DNA of 50,730 nucleotides, the filler included, from Catajapyx aquilonaris (Eukaryota), in assembly GCA_000934665.2 (NCBI GenBank). It is 3 parts of 3 records of this genome, joined end to end, with 100 filler letters (N's around TTAATTAATTAA, not from the genome) between each part and the next. Parts side by side here need not be neighbours in the genome. Positions count along the whole stretch, not along the records: positions 1 to 16,766 come from KZ539644.1; positions 16,867 to 33,629 come from JYFJ02007117.1; 1 more part is not named here. One strand, 5' to 3'. A model generated the notes under the pieces. That model had not been told where the DNA came from and made no database searches. It saw only the letters and a list, made by a program, of their open reading frames with translations. Below, piece by piece: positions 11,501-24,212 of this stretch; position 1 is the stretch's first letter; the number at the start of each line of letters is the position of its first letter. The position numbers were made by a program, and so were the translations under genes.

Positions 11501-12174
11501 GTCTGTAAATAAAAGAGGCAGATTTTTTAACGTTTTATTTAACTTTTTATAATACATTTTTGAGAAAAACGTTACAAACAAAAAGTTGGACATAAATTAT
11601 TGCGCCTATTATTATTATGTCTATATTTGACAAATACTCAAACTCTCTACACATTCACATTGCAATCTTAAACAACGAAGAAACTAATCGTCTGGATTTG
11701 ACAAACATGTAAAAGCCAGCATGCAACAAAAATTAAGCAGGCTAATAATTATTTTCTAATAATTATATTTCACTTTTTAAGCAGCACAATTTAAATGATT
11801 GATAAATATAAGATGTGTTCATTTGGAAAAACTTACTGACAAGGGAACATTTTTGAAATTAAACAGCTTTTTCGATTCATGCAAAGCATTTTCCAAATCG
11901 CGTAGCCCAATGGTGGCGAGCAAGGCCAAAGTTTCTCACCTGCTGAGTAAAATGCACAAGCATGTGCATCTTCGGAATGAATTCCTCAGCAGAGTAACAG
12001 GTGATATACAACTTGTTATGGCGAGCTACTCAGGGCTCCTGGGGGGAAAATGACTCACTATAGTGAGGACAGGTGGCAAAAGTAACTGGGTGATCTGGCA
12101 CCGGAGCAAACACCTTCCTGATGTAATTAAGGGATTGGCAGAAGCCGCTCGGTGGCCAAATAATTCCCATCCAC

Positions 12175-12480
12175 TTGCATCTCTCTTGTGGAATATACAT
12201 TGGTCTTGATTTTCCCACGCCCAGGTGTTACTAATAATAAGACGTTTCGGTCAGGTGAAATCGTTGCCATTAGGAGAACTACCAGATCAACATCCTCGCC
12301 TTTAACAGCAACGGTGGATTCGTGCTATGGTTTTGATTTCTCGATAGCTGTCGTAACAATCAACAAGTCCGCATCACCTGGAGCTTATCGAGTCTCAATC
12401 CCATTATCGTCGAGTTGTGATCTCAGTAAGGCCTGCAGCCGAAGGACAGCAGGCATGTACCAAAAAATCTGCTGCTCAAG
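12175..12480 (-). mobile_element. Academ (AcademX-type) XPG-like nuclease fragment
   Basis: Manual translation APGDADLLIVTTAIE...VKGEDVDLVVLL, with internal stops. Confidence 0.55.
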
Positions 12481-13812
12481 AATGAAAAACAAAGGCCTGC
12501 TTTTATTGTGCTCATTAGAGGAAGTGGTCTTGCTTGACAGTGTTTCCAGTAATTCAAATTCAGGTTTACATGGGCTGACTTCTTCATCCGATAGCGTCGC
12601 TCCTGTTCAGCTGCCTTTGTGCTGTTGGATGAGTTGGTGTAGCCATCAAATACAACTGTGCAGCTCCTCCCAGGGTAATGAAGTTATTGTGTGGGATGAC
12701 GCGAGAACATAATTTTATTCAGATACAGGCGACACTATAATAAATAAAAATAAATAAATTAATTAATAATTTTATTCAGATATAGGAGACACTGACAAGG
12801 AAATATCTGGGTCATCCAAGGTAATTTATATAGATGACATGAATCCCACACAGACAGACAGACAGAAATCCAAAAATATAGTTAAGGTACTTGGCAACAA
12901 TTAATAACAATGAATTTGTTATGTGGGATGACGCGAGGAAAGGTGAGGACAGCTTGAAACATTCCTGTGCAGACGAATATTTATTTTCGTATTTTTGTTC
13001 ACTTTTTGTATTTCATTATGAATGATGTATTGAACAAGCTTCCACAATCGCGCTTTGTTGCAGACAGATTTATTATTCCTCAGGAACATTTGGTGTTCAT
13101 GTTTGCCAGGGGCTTCCTTTGCTTTCAGTGCCTTACTGCAAAAGGCCACGGCAGCTGTTTTCTCCATGCTACTGGTTCTGTAGAAAATGACAGAAAATTC
13201 ATATTAGCAAATAATAATCTGTGGTAAGTAGCAACTTACACATAAAACAATAACAGTTATTGTTTCAAGTGTGTGAGAATCAATTTTGCTGAGGCACAGG
13301 AGTTTTCGAGTGGTTGTTGCTACTGTTCCCCATATGCAGAAGTGAAATCAGATTTGTCGTTGTCACAGCTTGAGCTATAAAATCCCATGGTACAACATAG
13401 GGTTTTGTAATTTATTTAAATTTCATGTGGCTACACTTAGAAACCTTCATGAATTGACTACAATATTACTGTAGATGGTGTCCGAATTTTTGAGCTCATA
13501 TTTGTTCACTAAATCTTGAACATAGTAGCCTAAAATTATAGTGCACTCACTATATTCTACCTGTTTTATATTTCATTCAGAGGTACATCATACACTGCAT
13601 CTGGTTGGGTGCAATGATCTACAGTACAGGTATTTGTGCAACGGTAAAACTACAGTATTTTTGATTATTTTTATTTATTTATTTTACCCCATTAGCTGGC
13701 CTAAAACTACAGTATGTAAACAAGTGTCTACCTCCAAAATATTGTTGTAGAAATTAATAAAATAATGAAGAGAGATATTTAAACATGACGATTTTCAAAA
13801 TTTGACGTTACA

Positions 13813-13954
13813 CACAATGGAAGGGCTTGGTGAGAGAACCAGGTGACTCCCATTTTGTCAGGATCTGAGCAAAAAAAGTGCCTTAAAAGCTGAAATCATA
13901 CCAAACAGGACAAAGAAAGAAGTCACCTGGTTTTTTCACCAAACCCTTCCATTG
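13813..13954. mobile_element. Small MITE of about 140 bp
   Basis: Inverted repeat caatggaagggcttggtgagagaaccaggtgact / agtcacctggttttttcaccaaacccttccattg. Confidence 0.65.
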
Positions 13955-14225
13955 AACAGAAGGTACAGGATATTTCAGTGCAATACTTTTGTGTATGTTA
14001 GGTGGCTCATTATTGGATCATTTTTTAAAACAATGATCACTTGCCTGTCTGTTGTGTCTTTTTTGGTTGGCACCTGCTCAGCCTCACTTGAGGTGGCGTC
14101 AGTGCCATTCATCCTTCTCATTCGTTCGTCTCCTGTCAGTAAAAATGATTGTATTAGGAATTCATTTGGTGTGAGAACCTACATTGACCAGGTACTGTCC
14201 ATTTTTGATCATGATAAAAAAATAT

Positions 14226-14794
14226 CACGGTGGAACCAGCAGAGAAAATCTGTTTTTTTGTTTGTTTGTTTGTTTTGTTTTACTCAAGCAAGTGGGGTGC
14301 AACTATATTCATGTACTGTAACAATAATAAATGCCTGCCACTTGCGTGCTTCTTCCTGGCAACATCTCCCTACAGTGCATTCACTAGGTTTCTTTTTTGT
14401 GATTTTTGTTGCGTGGATTCCAAATCGCTTCTGCTTCGGATATGTATTTGGCCAATATTTTTCCAATATTCTCTTGCAGGTGTTGTTTAGGGGGTTTTGC
14501 AGAGGCACTTCACATATTTTTTCACCGATGGTAACATCTGCAGGGTAAGAGAGCTGCCTTTTTTTTTGCCTGCAACAAAGCATAATAGGAGGGATACAAA
14601 TTGAGCCCATGCTGAAGTGCTGTGCAGCGGAGTGTTGAGTACTGCTCTTTGGACACATGCAGTGAAATGAGCGAGTTAAGTCCTTACTCCGGCGACATGC
14701 ATGTTTGCTCCAACTCTCCTTCATCTGTTGGCCTCGAGTAGGGGCTGGTCATTGTTGCCTCGGTGACTATTTTTTGATGCTGCTCCTTTCCTTC
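14226..14794 (-). mobile_element. Internally deleted Transib element, copy 2
   Basis: Highly similar to 9383-9955 and begins at the same CACGGTGGAACCAGCAGAGAAAATC terminus, with different flanks. Confidence 0.72.
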
Positions 14795-14886
14795 CTTAAT
14801 TACTTTCTGATCCGCCCTCATAGTTACAAAATATTGCCTTACTGCCTTTCTCCTGTATCTTCTTGATCTTTCTCGTGCATCACCTT

Positions 14887-14995
14887 ATCTCCGCTACTTT
14901 CTTCTCCAACATCTTGTGTATCTCCGCTACTTTCCTCTCCAACATCTTGTGTATCTCCGCTACTTTCCTCTCCAACATCTTGTGTATCTCCGCTA
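14887..14995. repeat. 33-bp tandem repeat, about 3.3 copies
   Basis: tatctccgctactttc(c/t)tctccaacatcttgtg repeated. Confidence 0.9.
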
Positions 14996-16169
14996 CAGTC
15001 TCCTCGTCTGACAGGACCACACCTTGGCTACGTAATTCGACTATCAAGCGATGAAGGTCCTTCCTATTGGTAACAGAAAAATGTTGTCAACTGTCATTCA
15101 TAATGTACAAGCCTGTAAACACTCACATGGCGTAGCCTGGAAATGAAAGCGCCACGCGTTGCATAATGAGCTTGGTCCTTACAGCCTCGGATGGTGAGCT
15201 GTAAGAAATGTTGTCAATTTCAATGCCTTATGTAACTACCATCAATTACACGCTGCATAGTAGCAACATGGTATAAGATAATAGACTTCTCAGACACTAA
15301 AGTTGTTTCTACCTAATTATATTGTACTGCTGGCATTTTAGTCCCGTTTTCATTACTTACACATCAAAGGGTCCCTGTTGTTGCCCCTTACGCCTGGGTG
15401 TCGGAAGGGGTGGAGCTGAAGCACCAGCAACGTTGTCCTGACGAGGCTCTGGCTGTGATGAGCTTGCCGGTTGTAGGAAAAATCATTGTTGAAACGCTAT
15501 GCTATGGTCTTACTTAAGGGCTACCGCCCTTAAAATAAATGCACAGTGGAGCATAGCCCCTGAGTGGATGACTCCACTCAGCAGCTGTGCTCCACTGTGC
15601 ATTATTATTATTACTATTAATTCAGTTGGAGTGTGAGGCTTGAAGTGGCAGATGGCTTCATTAGTACCACAGTTCATGGGATTGTGGATTGGCAAATGTT
15701 ATAAATGGCCATGAAGACCATTCAGTTACTGCGACGTGAGAATTAAGATCAATGGTCGCACATCAAGATTACGAACCCCATAAGGTAACCCATAAGTGGC
15801 CCATAGACACAGAAAGAAATTGGTTCAGCGTGGTTCAAGCAACATTCGCTGACGAATGCTGCAACGCCGAAACTTGGGCGTTGGGCCGAAGTGAGCACTA
15901 CGTACTCTTACGGTAGATCGGTACGGTGTACCAGCTCAGCGGACACAGCATGGAAGAAGGCGTGACAAGTCTTTTGAACGACTGGGGGTTCCCCCCAATA
16001 CATCGACACATTCCAGTCATTTTACCTTGGTGGTGGGCTAGCTTTTGCTGCTGGTGGTAGCTTGCCTTGGCGTAATCGCCACGGTTTTGCTGCTGGTTCG
16101 CCCTTGCTTACTGCTCATACATTTTTTTAGCACATGGAAGTTATAAATTAGACACCTTTCACCTTTAGC

Positions 16170-16560
16170 CTTTGTCATCTGCCTGAGACGGACCAGCGCC
16201 TTAATTGCTGCGGACACAGAATGACTGAAAACTTGAGTTGCCAATCTTACTTTCATTTTGACATAGCCCGGCACACCCACGTGAAGGTGTTTGAGTTTTG
16301 GTGCCATGCGCAGCAGGCGATTCTTATTGCTGTCGATGTTTCAAATCCATGATGAACCTGGTCTTTGCAGTCTCGCATGGTGAGGTAGAAACTGCCGGGA
16401 AATGTGTTTCATAGATACACTTTGATTCTCCACTGAAAAATCATACTTAAGCAAATTGTTTCTAATGCTTTTAATATGGTGCGGAACGTCTAACATGAAA
16501 TATATTTCTTTCCCGTTGTCCGTTGTCAGGAAAGGTTCTTCTGTCTTAATATCTAAGGAC
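16170..16560 (-). mobile_element. P-element/THAP9-like transposase fragment
   Basis: IYFMLDVPHHIKSIRNNLL and APKL.HLHV...KMKVRLATQVFSHSVSAAI, characteristic P transposase motifs. Confidence 0.85.
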
Positions 16561-16766
16561 TTTTGCATTCCCAGATTATTTGGCCCTTGTGATCCATTGT
16601 TACTGCTCGAATAGTTATTCCCATTGCTGTAGTTTTTTTTTCGAAACATTCCTAAATGATGGCTTTCAGCTGAGAGCTTTTCGTTCCTTTACTGGCCAAA
16701 AAATATGCAATGGGTTGCTTCCAATATATGATACAATCCTCTGAGCATCAAGACCAAGGCATGAGT

Positions 16767-16866
16767 NNNNNNNNNNNNNNNNNNNNNNNNNNNNNNNNNN
16801 NNNNNNNNNNTTAATTAATTAANNNNNNNNNNNNNNNNNNNNNNNNNNNNNNNNNNNNNNNNNNNN
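16767..16866. other. Artificial 100-bp scaffold gap with a TTAATTAATTAA spacer (a second one at 33630-33729)
   Basis: Identical N44-TTAATTAATTAA-N44 structure at both sites. Confidence 0.95.
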
Positions 16867-18584
16867 GGTGGAGACGACTATTCCTGGAGAAGAATATACT
16901 TCTTTCGAGGGCAAGAGGTTGGCAAATGTGGGCCTGCCCACCGAGGAACAAGATGCGATCACCCTGGAGTACTTGCACGCGCACGCCGTTCTATTCGGAC
17001 CGGATGTGGCGGCGGTTCGGAACAAGCGCAGTTTCGGACGTGGCGGATCCGGAAAACCCCGCCGACGCCGTTAATCTGCGCTACTTGAAGCGGAGAGGGA
17101 TGTTTCTGGACGCGGATACAAATAATTATAACGCCTGGTCCCACAGGATTACCGGTGTGGGCGACCCGAGGGGAGATCGCGACGCCGTGCCGAAACACTA
17201 TCTGGATGGGAGTCTGGCGAGTCTTACGGAGCACTTTAATAAGAGTGCTTTGCAGAGAGGAGGAGGAGGAGGAGGAGGAGGAGCGGGCTTCGACGCCCAA
17301 AGCGCCACTCTTTCCAATCTGGCCGGCCCGGTGCATGAGCATGACGCCGTCACCAAACAATACGTCGACGAGGTTGCTTCCGGGGCGCTGATGAAGCACT
17401 TTAACGAACACGCCGTTCTACTTCCCCCCGGAGCCGATTCGCCCGTATCCGTTCGGGACAAACGCGTTTCGATGCTGGCCGATCCCGTGAAACCCACCGA
17501 TGCGGTCAACCTGCGTTTTCTGAGACAGTATGGAATGACACATGATTCCGAAGCAAATTTCAGTGCCAAGGGGCATAGGATTCGGAACCTGGCCGATCCG
17601 GCGGCCGATCGGGATGCGGCCTCGAAAAAGTACGTTGATGGGCTGAGGGAGGAATCTCTGCTGCTGCTGCGGAGTGGGGAGGGCTTCGACGCTCGGGGCG
17701 TTACCATATCTAACGCGGCCGACCCGCTTCTGGACGGCGATGTTGCCAACAAGGGCTACGTGGATGGCGCGCTGTTGGAGAGTGCGAAACGCGTTGATGC
17801 CGTTTTGCTTCCCTCCGATCCCGCTAAGCCCGTGCTGGTCGGAAATAGGCGCGTGTCGCTGCTGGAAGATCCCGAAAAACCCACCGACGCCGTTAATCTG
17901 AGATATCTTAGGCAGCTGCGTGCGCTGACCCCAGATGCGGATTCGAATTACAATCTCAAGGGTCACAGACTTATGCATGTGGGCGACCCTACCGACGATC
18001 GAGACGCAATTCATAAGAAATACTTGGAAGGGGTATTGACCGAAACCGCGCACACCGTTGCCAAAAATGCTTTGGGACTGGCCGATGGCAAGGAGTTCTT
18101 TACGGCGAAAGGTCTGAAGGTGTCCAACATCGGAGATCCCGTGGGAGGAAAGGACGCGACCAACAAACGGTACGTGGATGGGCGCGCCTTGCTTCTCGAT
18201 CCCGGAACGAAAGTTTACAGCGCGAAGGGTGCCAGAGTGAGTCGAGTTGGCGATCCGGAGGAGCCTCGAGACGCCGTTCACAAGAAATATTTAGACGACG
18301 CGTTCGACGAGCGCGTTCTCGCGCGTGTTGAGGGGTCATCTCCTTTCGATGCGCGTGACTCGAGAATTACGAAAATAGGGGATCCGGAAGACGACCAGGA
18401 CGTGGCCAGCAAACACTATGTCGACCGACAGAGATCCGACGTCGTCGCCTTATTCCGAAAAACATTGCATACCACCCTAGAGAAAATTCAGCAATGGTTG
18501 CAGCTCCAGGACGGGGTGGAAGACCTGGACAAGATTTTTACAGAGCTGTTGTCATTCGTTAGCGTGCCAGAGGAGCTTGTATAA
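16867..18584 (+). CDS. Intronless repeat protein with about 12 adhesin-neck/phage-tail-fibre-like repeats; 5' end lost in the gap; 1-bp frameshift at about 17030
   Basis: Repeat [IVL]xx[VL][AG]DPxxxxDAxxKxY[VL]D occurs 11 times in ORF 16926..18584 plus once in ORF 16868..17074; stop at 18584; AATAAA at 18629-18634. Confidence 0.85.
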
Positions 18585-18986
18585 TCGACAAAGACCGCGG
18601 GCAGGTACAGAGAATGTATGGGAAAGGAAATAAAGATTTGAATCTGCCGGCATTCTTGTTGTAATTTTTTTTTTATTCCCCCCAACGCAGCGTGTGCTTT
18701 AGCCTCGTTTTTTTCCCCCCTCTTTTTTTCCCCCCAACTTTACTCCCCAACTCCTTAGCGTCCCGCCTCTCTCGCCGGGCATTCCGGGCGCATTCCTGTG
18801 GCTAGTATTACCGCTGCTGCTGCTGCTGCTGCTGCTGCTCCCCCCAAGTAGCGCTTAAACCCGTCCTTCAGCTCTGGTTGGTGGCAGGAATGCACCCCCT
18901 CCATCTGGTATGATACACGTGCGCTCGCTCGCCGAGCACGTGTGCTTGCTGTTCAGCTGGTGCCAGCTGGCTGAATAATAATATGC

Positions 18987-19031
<45 letters not shown>

Positions 19032-19747
19032 CGAATAATTATTATTTCTGTTATGCATTGCACTGCACACGCTTGATCGGAATTTCGACAATGCACAATA
19101 TTTTCTGGGGTGTGGGGGCCTGGGCCGTGGGAGGGCCAAAATCCCCAACTTATATTCCGCGCGCGGCACAGTATATTAGTTTTTCCCCTTATAATCCTCG
19201 CGGCAAGTATGTGGTTCGAATCTCCCGCCGCTCCCCCAAATATTTTTTCGGGACCTTCCCACCGGCCCACTGATATTCTGGACCTGCCAAATTGTGCCAC
19301 GTCACGTGATCGGAATTTAGGCAATGCCAAATTTTCCCCTACGGTGAGGCCCTGGGGGGCCCCGTGGTGGGAGGACCATGTGGTGGCGGTGGCTGCATAT
19401 AGGGCGCCTCCCAGCACCTCTCTTACCAGGCATGCGGCTTTGGCCGTGATCCTAAGAGCAACGTCATCCTAATCGGGAGGCCCTGGGTTCCAGCCCGGCT
19501 CGGCGCCGCTGCGGATTTTTATTTCGCCAACTCGGGCGACGGTGCTGCCACTGCCGCGGGGGCCGCCGCTGCTTGTAAATGCGTAGCTTCTCGCCGAGCC
19601 TCCTGATTGGCTGGAGACTCTTCCCACGCATATTTACTAGTTACACAAATCGCCGCAGTGGCGCTTTCCCATGTTAAACTCGCATAGACGGTGGCGACAC
19701 TGCGGAATTTTTCCATGAGGCTCCGTAAGCCGCCGTGGACCACTACT
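16867..19747. mobile_element. Probable terminal segment of a Polinton/Maverick (adintovirus-like) element
   Basis: GC-rich block with an intronless virus-like gene and about 1.1 kb of non-coding GC-rich DNA, ending in ACTACT (19742-19747; AGTAGT on the other strand, a typical Polinton terminus), then an abrupt return to AT-rich DNA; no pPolB, integrase or capsid gene in the window. Confidence 0.55.
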
Positions 19748-21546
19748 CCTGTACGACTATAGAGAAGTATAACATTTGAACTCGGATACTGAATACACTA
19801 TATAATATTATTCTTATACTATACACAACTGGTCAGTGTATAGCGTTCAATTTTCTGAGCATTTAAAGGCAGGCCACAAACGTTTCTATCCATATTCTGC
19901 TGCATATATCTGCTGCATACATTCCGCTAAAAGGATTGCTACAAAAATATTCACCGGCACGTTGAAAACAGACTAATCGAGATATAATCCTGTACGTGAT
20001 GACCTGTGGTTGCAAAATGGTGTTGAGAGAATTTTCCACTTCCATTTAGTCAATGGGTTCCTAGACATGAAAAATTACCGAGGTTCTCGTCGGTCACAGT
20101 GCCACGAATGGCGCTATAGTCGAATCCAATAATAATTATGGCCGCCATCCGCTGTGATGGAAATTCTAATTTATTGTTTTTATAGATTTACACCCGTGTC
20201 GACCATGTAATAGCTCCAAATTTAGTTCGAGAAATTAATTTTTGATGCTGTTTTAATCATGTGGAGTCATCTTTACTGTCAAAGGTCGCGGTCAAGGTCA
20301 TTTTATGTTATAACTAAATTCTCAACACTAAACCGACTTTCCACGTCCTTGTTGCTTAACATTGCTTAACGTAATTTTTCCCGCGACTGAGGTTCTCCTT
20401 CGCATAACATGGCCCATACATACGGTGTATTTAAGTGTATAACCCCGCGGCCTTCACCGTGGCATCATTCTGTTGCCTCAATGTGTCCGTTTCGTGTTTT
20501 CATTTGTTCCTCTGGTACACAGTCAAACAAACCACAGTATTCGCGACAATCGCTTATGCAACATGGTATGGTGACTGGTGTCTGGTCATTGGTAAAAAAA
20601 GAGAGACAAAGGCCTATCGAATACCATCAGTCTGGCACTGCCTGTCCCATTTACATGCCAAGTTCGTTACGTAATGATTAGACAAAGCTCGTAACATTTT
20701 ATTTCCATCAACCAGAGGATAGATAATTTTATGTACAGATAGATTATTATTCGTTTGGCCTGCGCCCCTCATCCCACAAAATAATTGACCAATGTGAAGT
20801 TGCCAACCGGTATGGTTGTTCCTGAACTTTCAAATAGAGCGTTAGAATCTGCGTAGAATGCACTGTATATGGTAGAAAGATACTCCAATTGTATCCAAAT
20901 TATATTGTCATTATTTTTCGTATTCAGCACCTCGAAATTAGTCAAAATTTGATATTTCCATTGCATAAGTTTTTTTGTGTTGCCCAGTGATATAATTAGA
21001 AACATACGTCATGTCACACACAGTATCGACATGTCATATTTATGCAACTACCTCAGCAGCTGCCCTATACATCGCTACAATCATACTGTGTAGACCTACA
21101 CCGATGATGGGAATGAATAATGTTGCAAATGATAATAATTATATCAGTGGGCTAGAGGTGTTCTTTTGTCTATAAATGGAATGGTTAGAAACCTTATGCA
21201 CTCAGGTTCCACCTACAAGCTTGCTGTACAGTGTACAGTCCTATGAAAATTGTTGATAAAGAAACTATTATCCCGTAATAGAGCAGTTCTCTCTGACGTG
21301 GAGTGGATTACCACCATTTGAATAGATTTTTCTTATTTTCTTCTAACTCTGTGCAAGGACATTAAGGGTGTAGGGTCAGGATGGGGATTCTTGAAAATTG
21401 TTGATTTAAGACAGTGGTCCTATAGGAATGGGGTTGATCGATATTGTATTTCAAAAGTTTTGTCATAAAAATCATGAGAAACATATGTCATGTCACCCAC
21501 AGTATCGACATGGCATCGTTATCCAACTGCAGGTAGAAGGGATTAA

Positions 21547-21669
21547 CCACTCGACTGTCAAGTGTACACTGGAGTACCAAATTCAAAGAGTACCAAGGAG
21601 TACCAAAGAGTAAAGTAACCTAAGGAGTACCTACCAGCACTGCAGGTGAACACCGGAGTACCGAAGTGG
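21547..21669. mobile_element. piggyBac-type MITE inside a short local duplication (21003-21133 vs 21480-21769)
   Basis: TTAA-CCACTCG ... CGAAGTGG-TTAA; absent from the paralogous copy. Confidence 0.5.
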
Positions 21670-24212
21670 TTAACCCCTTGTGCAACTACCTCAGCAGCTG
21701 CCCTACACATCCCTACATCCTGTGGACCTACACCGATGGTGCTGGGAATGAATAATGTTGCACGTGATATGTCAGTGGACTACAGGATGACCAATCAAAA
21801 CGCAACAAACGCCAACAAAGCCATTTCGAGATATTCAACAAAAACCGATTGCTCCCAAATGGAATGTGACCAAGAAACAAAGTGTGCAGTACATTATGCC
21901 CATATGCAGTGGTGGTTAATGGTGTATGTAATGAAATCAGGAATTGCCTAGTCACGAGAAAAAAATCAATCAAAATTTGACTTATTGCGTTTTGATTGGG
22001 TATACATGTGTCAGATGTTGCGTTTTGATCGATTATTATTATCATTGGCCGTATTAATAAACTGTGATAGATTCTTAGTTTCTTCTATCAGCAGGAACCA
22101 TGATACCATATACTTGACACTAATTATAATCTAAACACAATGCTAATCATGAGAACATTATTCGCTATTTTTTTTAAATTTTATTACATAATTATACACC
22201 CTTCGGGGTTGGAGCGAGTCGATGAGAACAACATACGTACGGCTACTGTAGTACTGTGTGGGTTGGTTAGCTTACTCTATGGGGTTGGTAAGATATCGGC
22301 GGCCATTTGTAACAGTTGCGCATCGCACTCTCTCATTGGCTGCTTGGCACATGTTGCGTTTTGAAGGAGCCGGTATGGGTCACATATTGCGTTTTGAAGC
22401 AACACTCCATTTTCCAGCCCTTATAACACGGTAGATATTGCATTTAGAAATGTCACTTATGATACTAAGATAAAAAACAGAAGATGACTACATAATAATT
22501 ATTACACCTATTCTGAAATAAAATTTACAGCCAAACTCCCTTATTTATTTTACATACTGTCATCATGAGCTGTATAATTTCACTCTTAAAAATCCCAAAT
22601 AGTAACACAAATAATTGCATTAATAATTGTAATAATTGAATTTGGTCAATCAAGATGGCTAGGTGTACTGTGTTTACGCTAGTCATCGCTGGATACACCC
22701 ATTTTTGGGACAATGCCGTCATGTAATGAATGAATGAATAAATGACGTAACACAAATAGGCATACTGCGTGGTGTTTCATAATAATTCCGACAAATATAA
22801 ACTTCTATAGGTAACCCTCTGGTCGCCAGTACAGCAGTAGATCGCTTCATGTGGTGCACTGTGTCATTTTGCCTCTGCGGTTAAAATTTTAACCAAAATA
22901 TATGGTTATTATTTTAATCTGCCAATGCCCATGTTGGGTCGGAGTCAAATCGAAGACGCTAGGAATTTAATCCAATAATATTGGAATACTTTTATAGGAG
23001 TGTACACTAAAATGGTTTCGGTTTCATGGCCCACGTATATATTGGAAAATAAAATTTGGTGAAAATAATGATTCCAATATGATAAAATATTTCTAGTGTC
23101 CATGGTATTTAATGTTATTTGAAACCAACCGAAATAAACCAGGGGAGGAAATGATAAGAGACCAACCAGTGACGATGTAGACCACCAGACGCACTGGCCT
23201 ATAAATTTAAATACTCGTACATTTTCCATGCAGATTTATTCAAATTGCTTCCAGGCCATACACATCCTTGCTGAGCGCAGGTTACTCATTAAATGAGTTT
23301 ATAACGAGCTTTTGGTTCTCATAGGAGAGAACTTCCAATATTTCCTGGCGCACCGCAATTGTCAGTCAGATGGATCTCGGTTTGTGATTTAGAAAGCAGG
23401 CTACTGGAAGAAGTGCCGAATCCGCCTTTGCTAGAATTTTAAAAAGATCAGTATACATCAGTTACCTTTAACTTCTAACCAGCCCATTCTCTGTAAAATC
23501 TGCTGTCCACAAACTGCCTAAAAGCGATCAAAAAAATGTCCCACACGTCTTTAAAAGCTCAATACACCGCGCAGTTGGACCACTCACTCATAAGTACGTA
23601 TATCAGGTCAAAATCTCAAAAAGTAAAGTTCTTTTACAATTATTATTACGATCTGTTTCTCGAGTAAAATGGCGTCTATAGCAACATTACCAACGTACAA
23701 TACTTCTCTGATTTACAAATAATGTGTCTTTATCCACTATTTGGAACATTTTTATTGCCACGGGTACGTTCTTCTATGTAAGTAAAGGCTAAAAGTTGCC
23801 AGCAGAAAACTGATAGAATGGGCACAATAAGGATATTAATAATTGTTTACTGTGTGTGCATGTTATAATTATATAATCAGAGATTTTTCCAGAGAGACGT
23901 AAAGCTGGACCTGAGCGTATGTGTGTCAAAAGTGAAATCTCAAATTTAATGATATTGGAGGAAATATTATCGTCTCATTCTCTTTACAAGCACTTTACAA
24001 TTTCAGGGAACACGCAGCCTGCCATAGACGGTAGTGTGATCTTGAAGTAATATTAATTTTCCGCCTTATTTTTTGGTCAATGCTCAAGAACATTCGCAAA
24101 TAAAAAACCAAATTAGTCAGTAGGAAATTCACATTAGGTTATGTTCAGGCGAATCTCTGACTTGTCCCACTGTGTAGTGCAATGAACAATAAATTTGCAA
24201 AAAATTTCTTAC

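Noticed and set aside
15950..16017. MEEGVTSLLNDWGF..YIDTFQ, SAM-domain-like start
   Set aside because: Too short and frameshifted to support a call
16811..16822. TTAATTAATTAA palindrome within N runs (also 33674-33685)
   Set aside because: Artificial contig spacer; adjacency and distance across these gaps cannot be trusted, so the P-element fragment is not evidence about the fibre gene's context
18855..19743. PolyQ/polyA/polyS ORFs downstream of the fibre gene
   Set aside because: Products of (CTG)n microsatellites and GC richness; no recognisable domain
19860..23230. Hydrophobic minus-strand ORF scraps, possibly a decayed membrane-receptor gene
   Set aside because: No motif I can identify with confidence; would need TBLASTN or an HMM search
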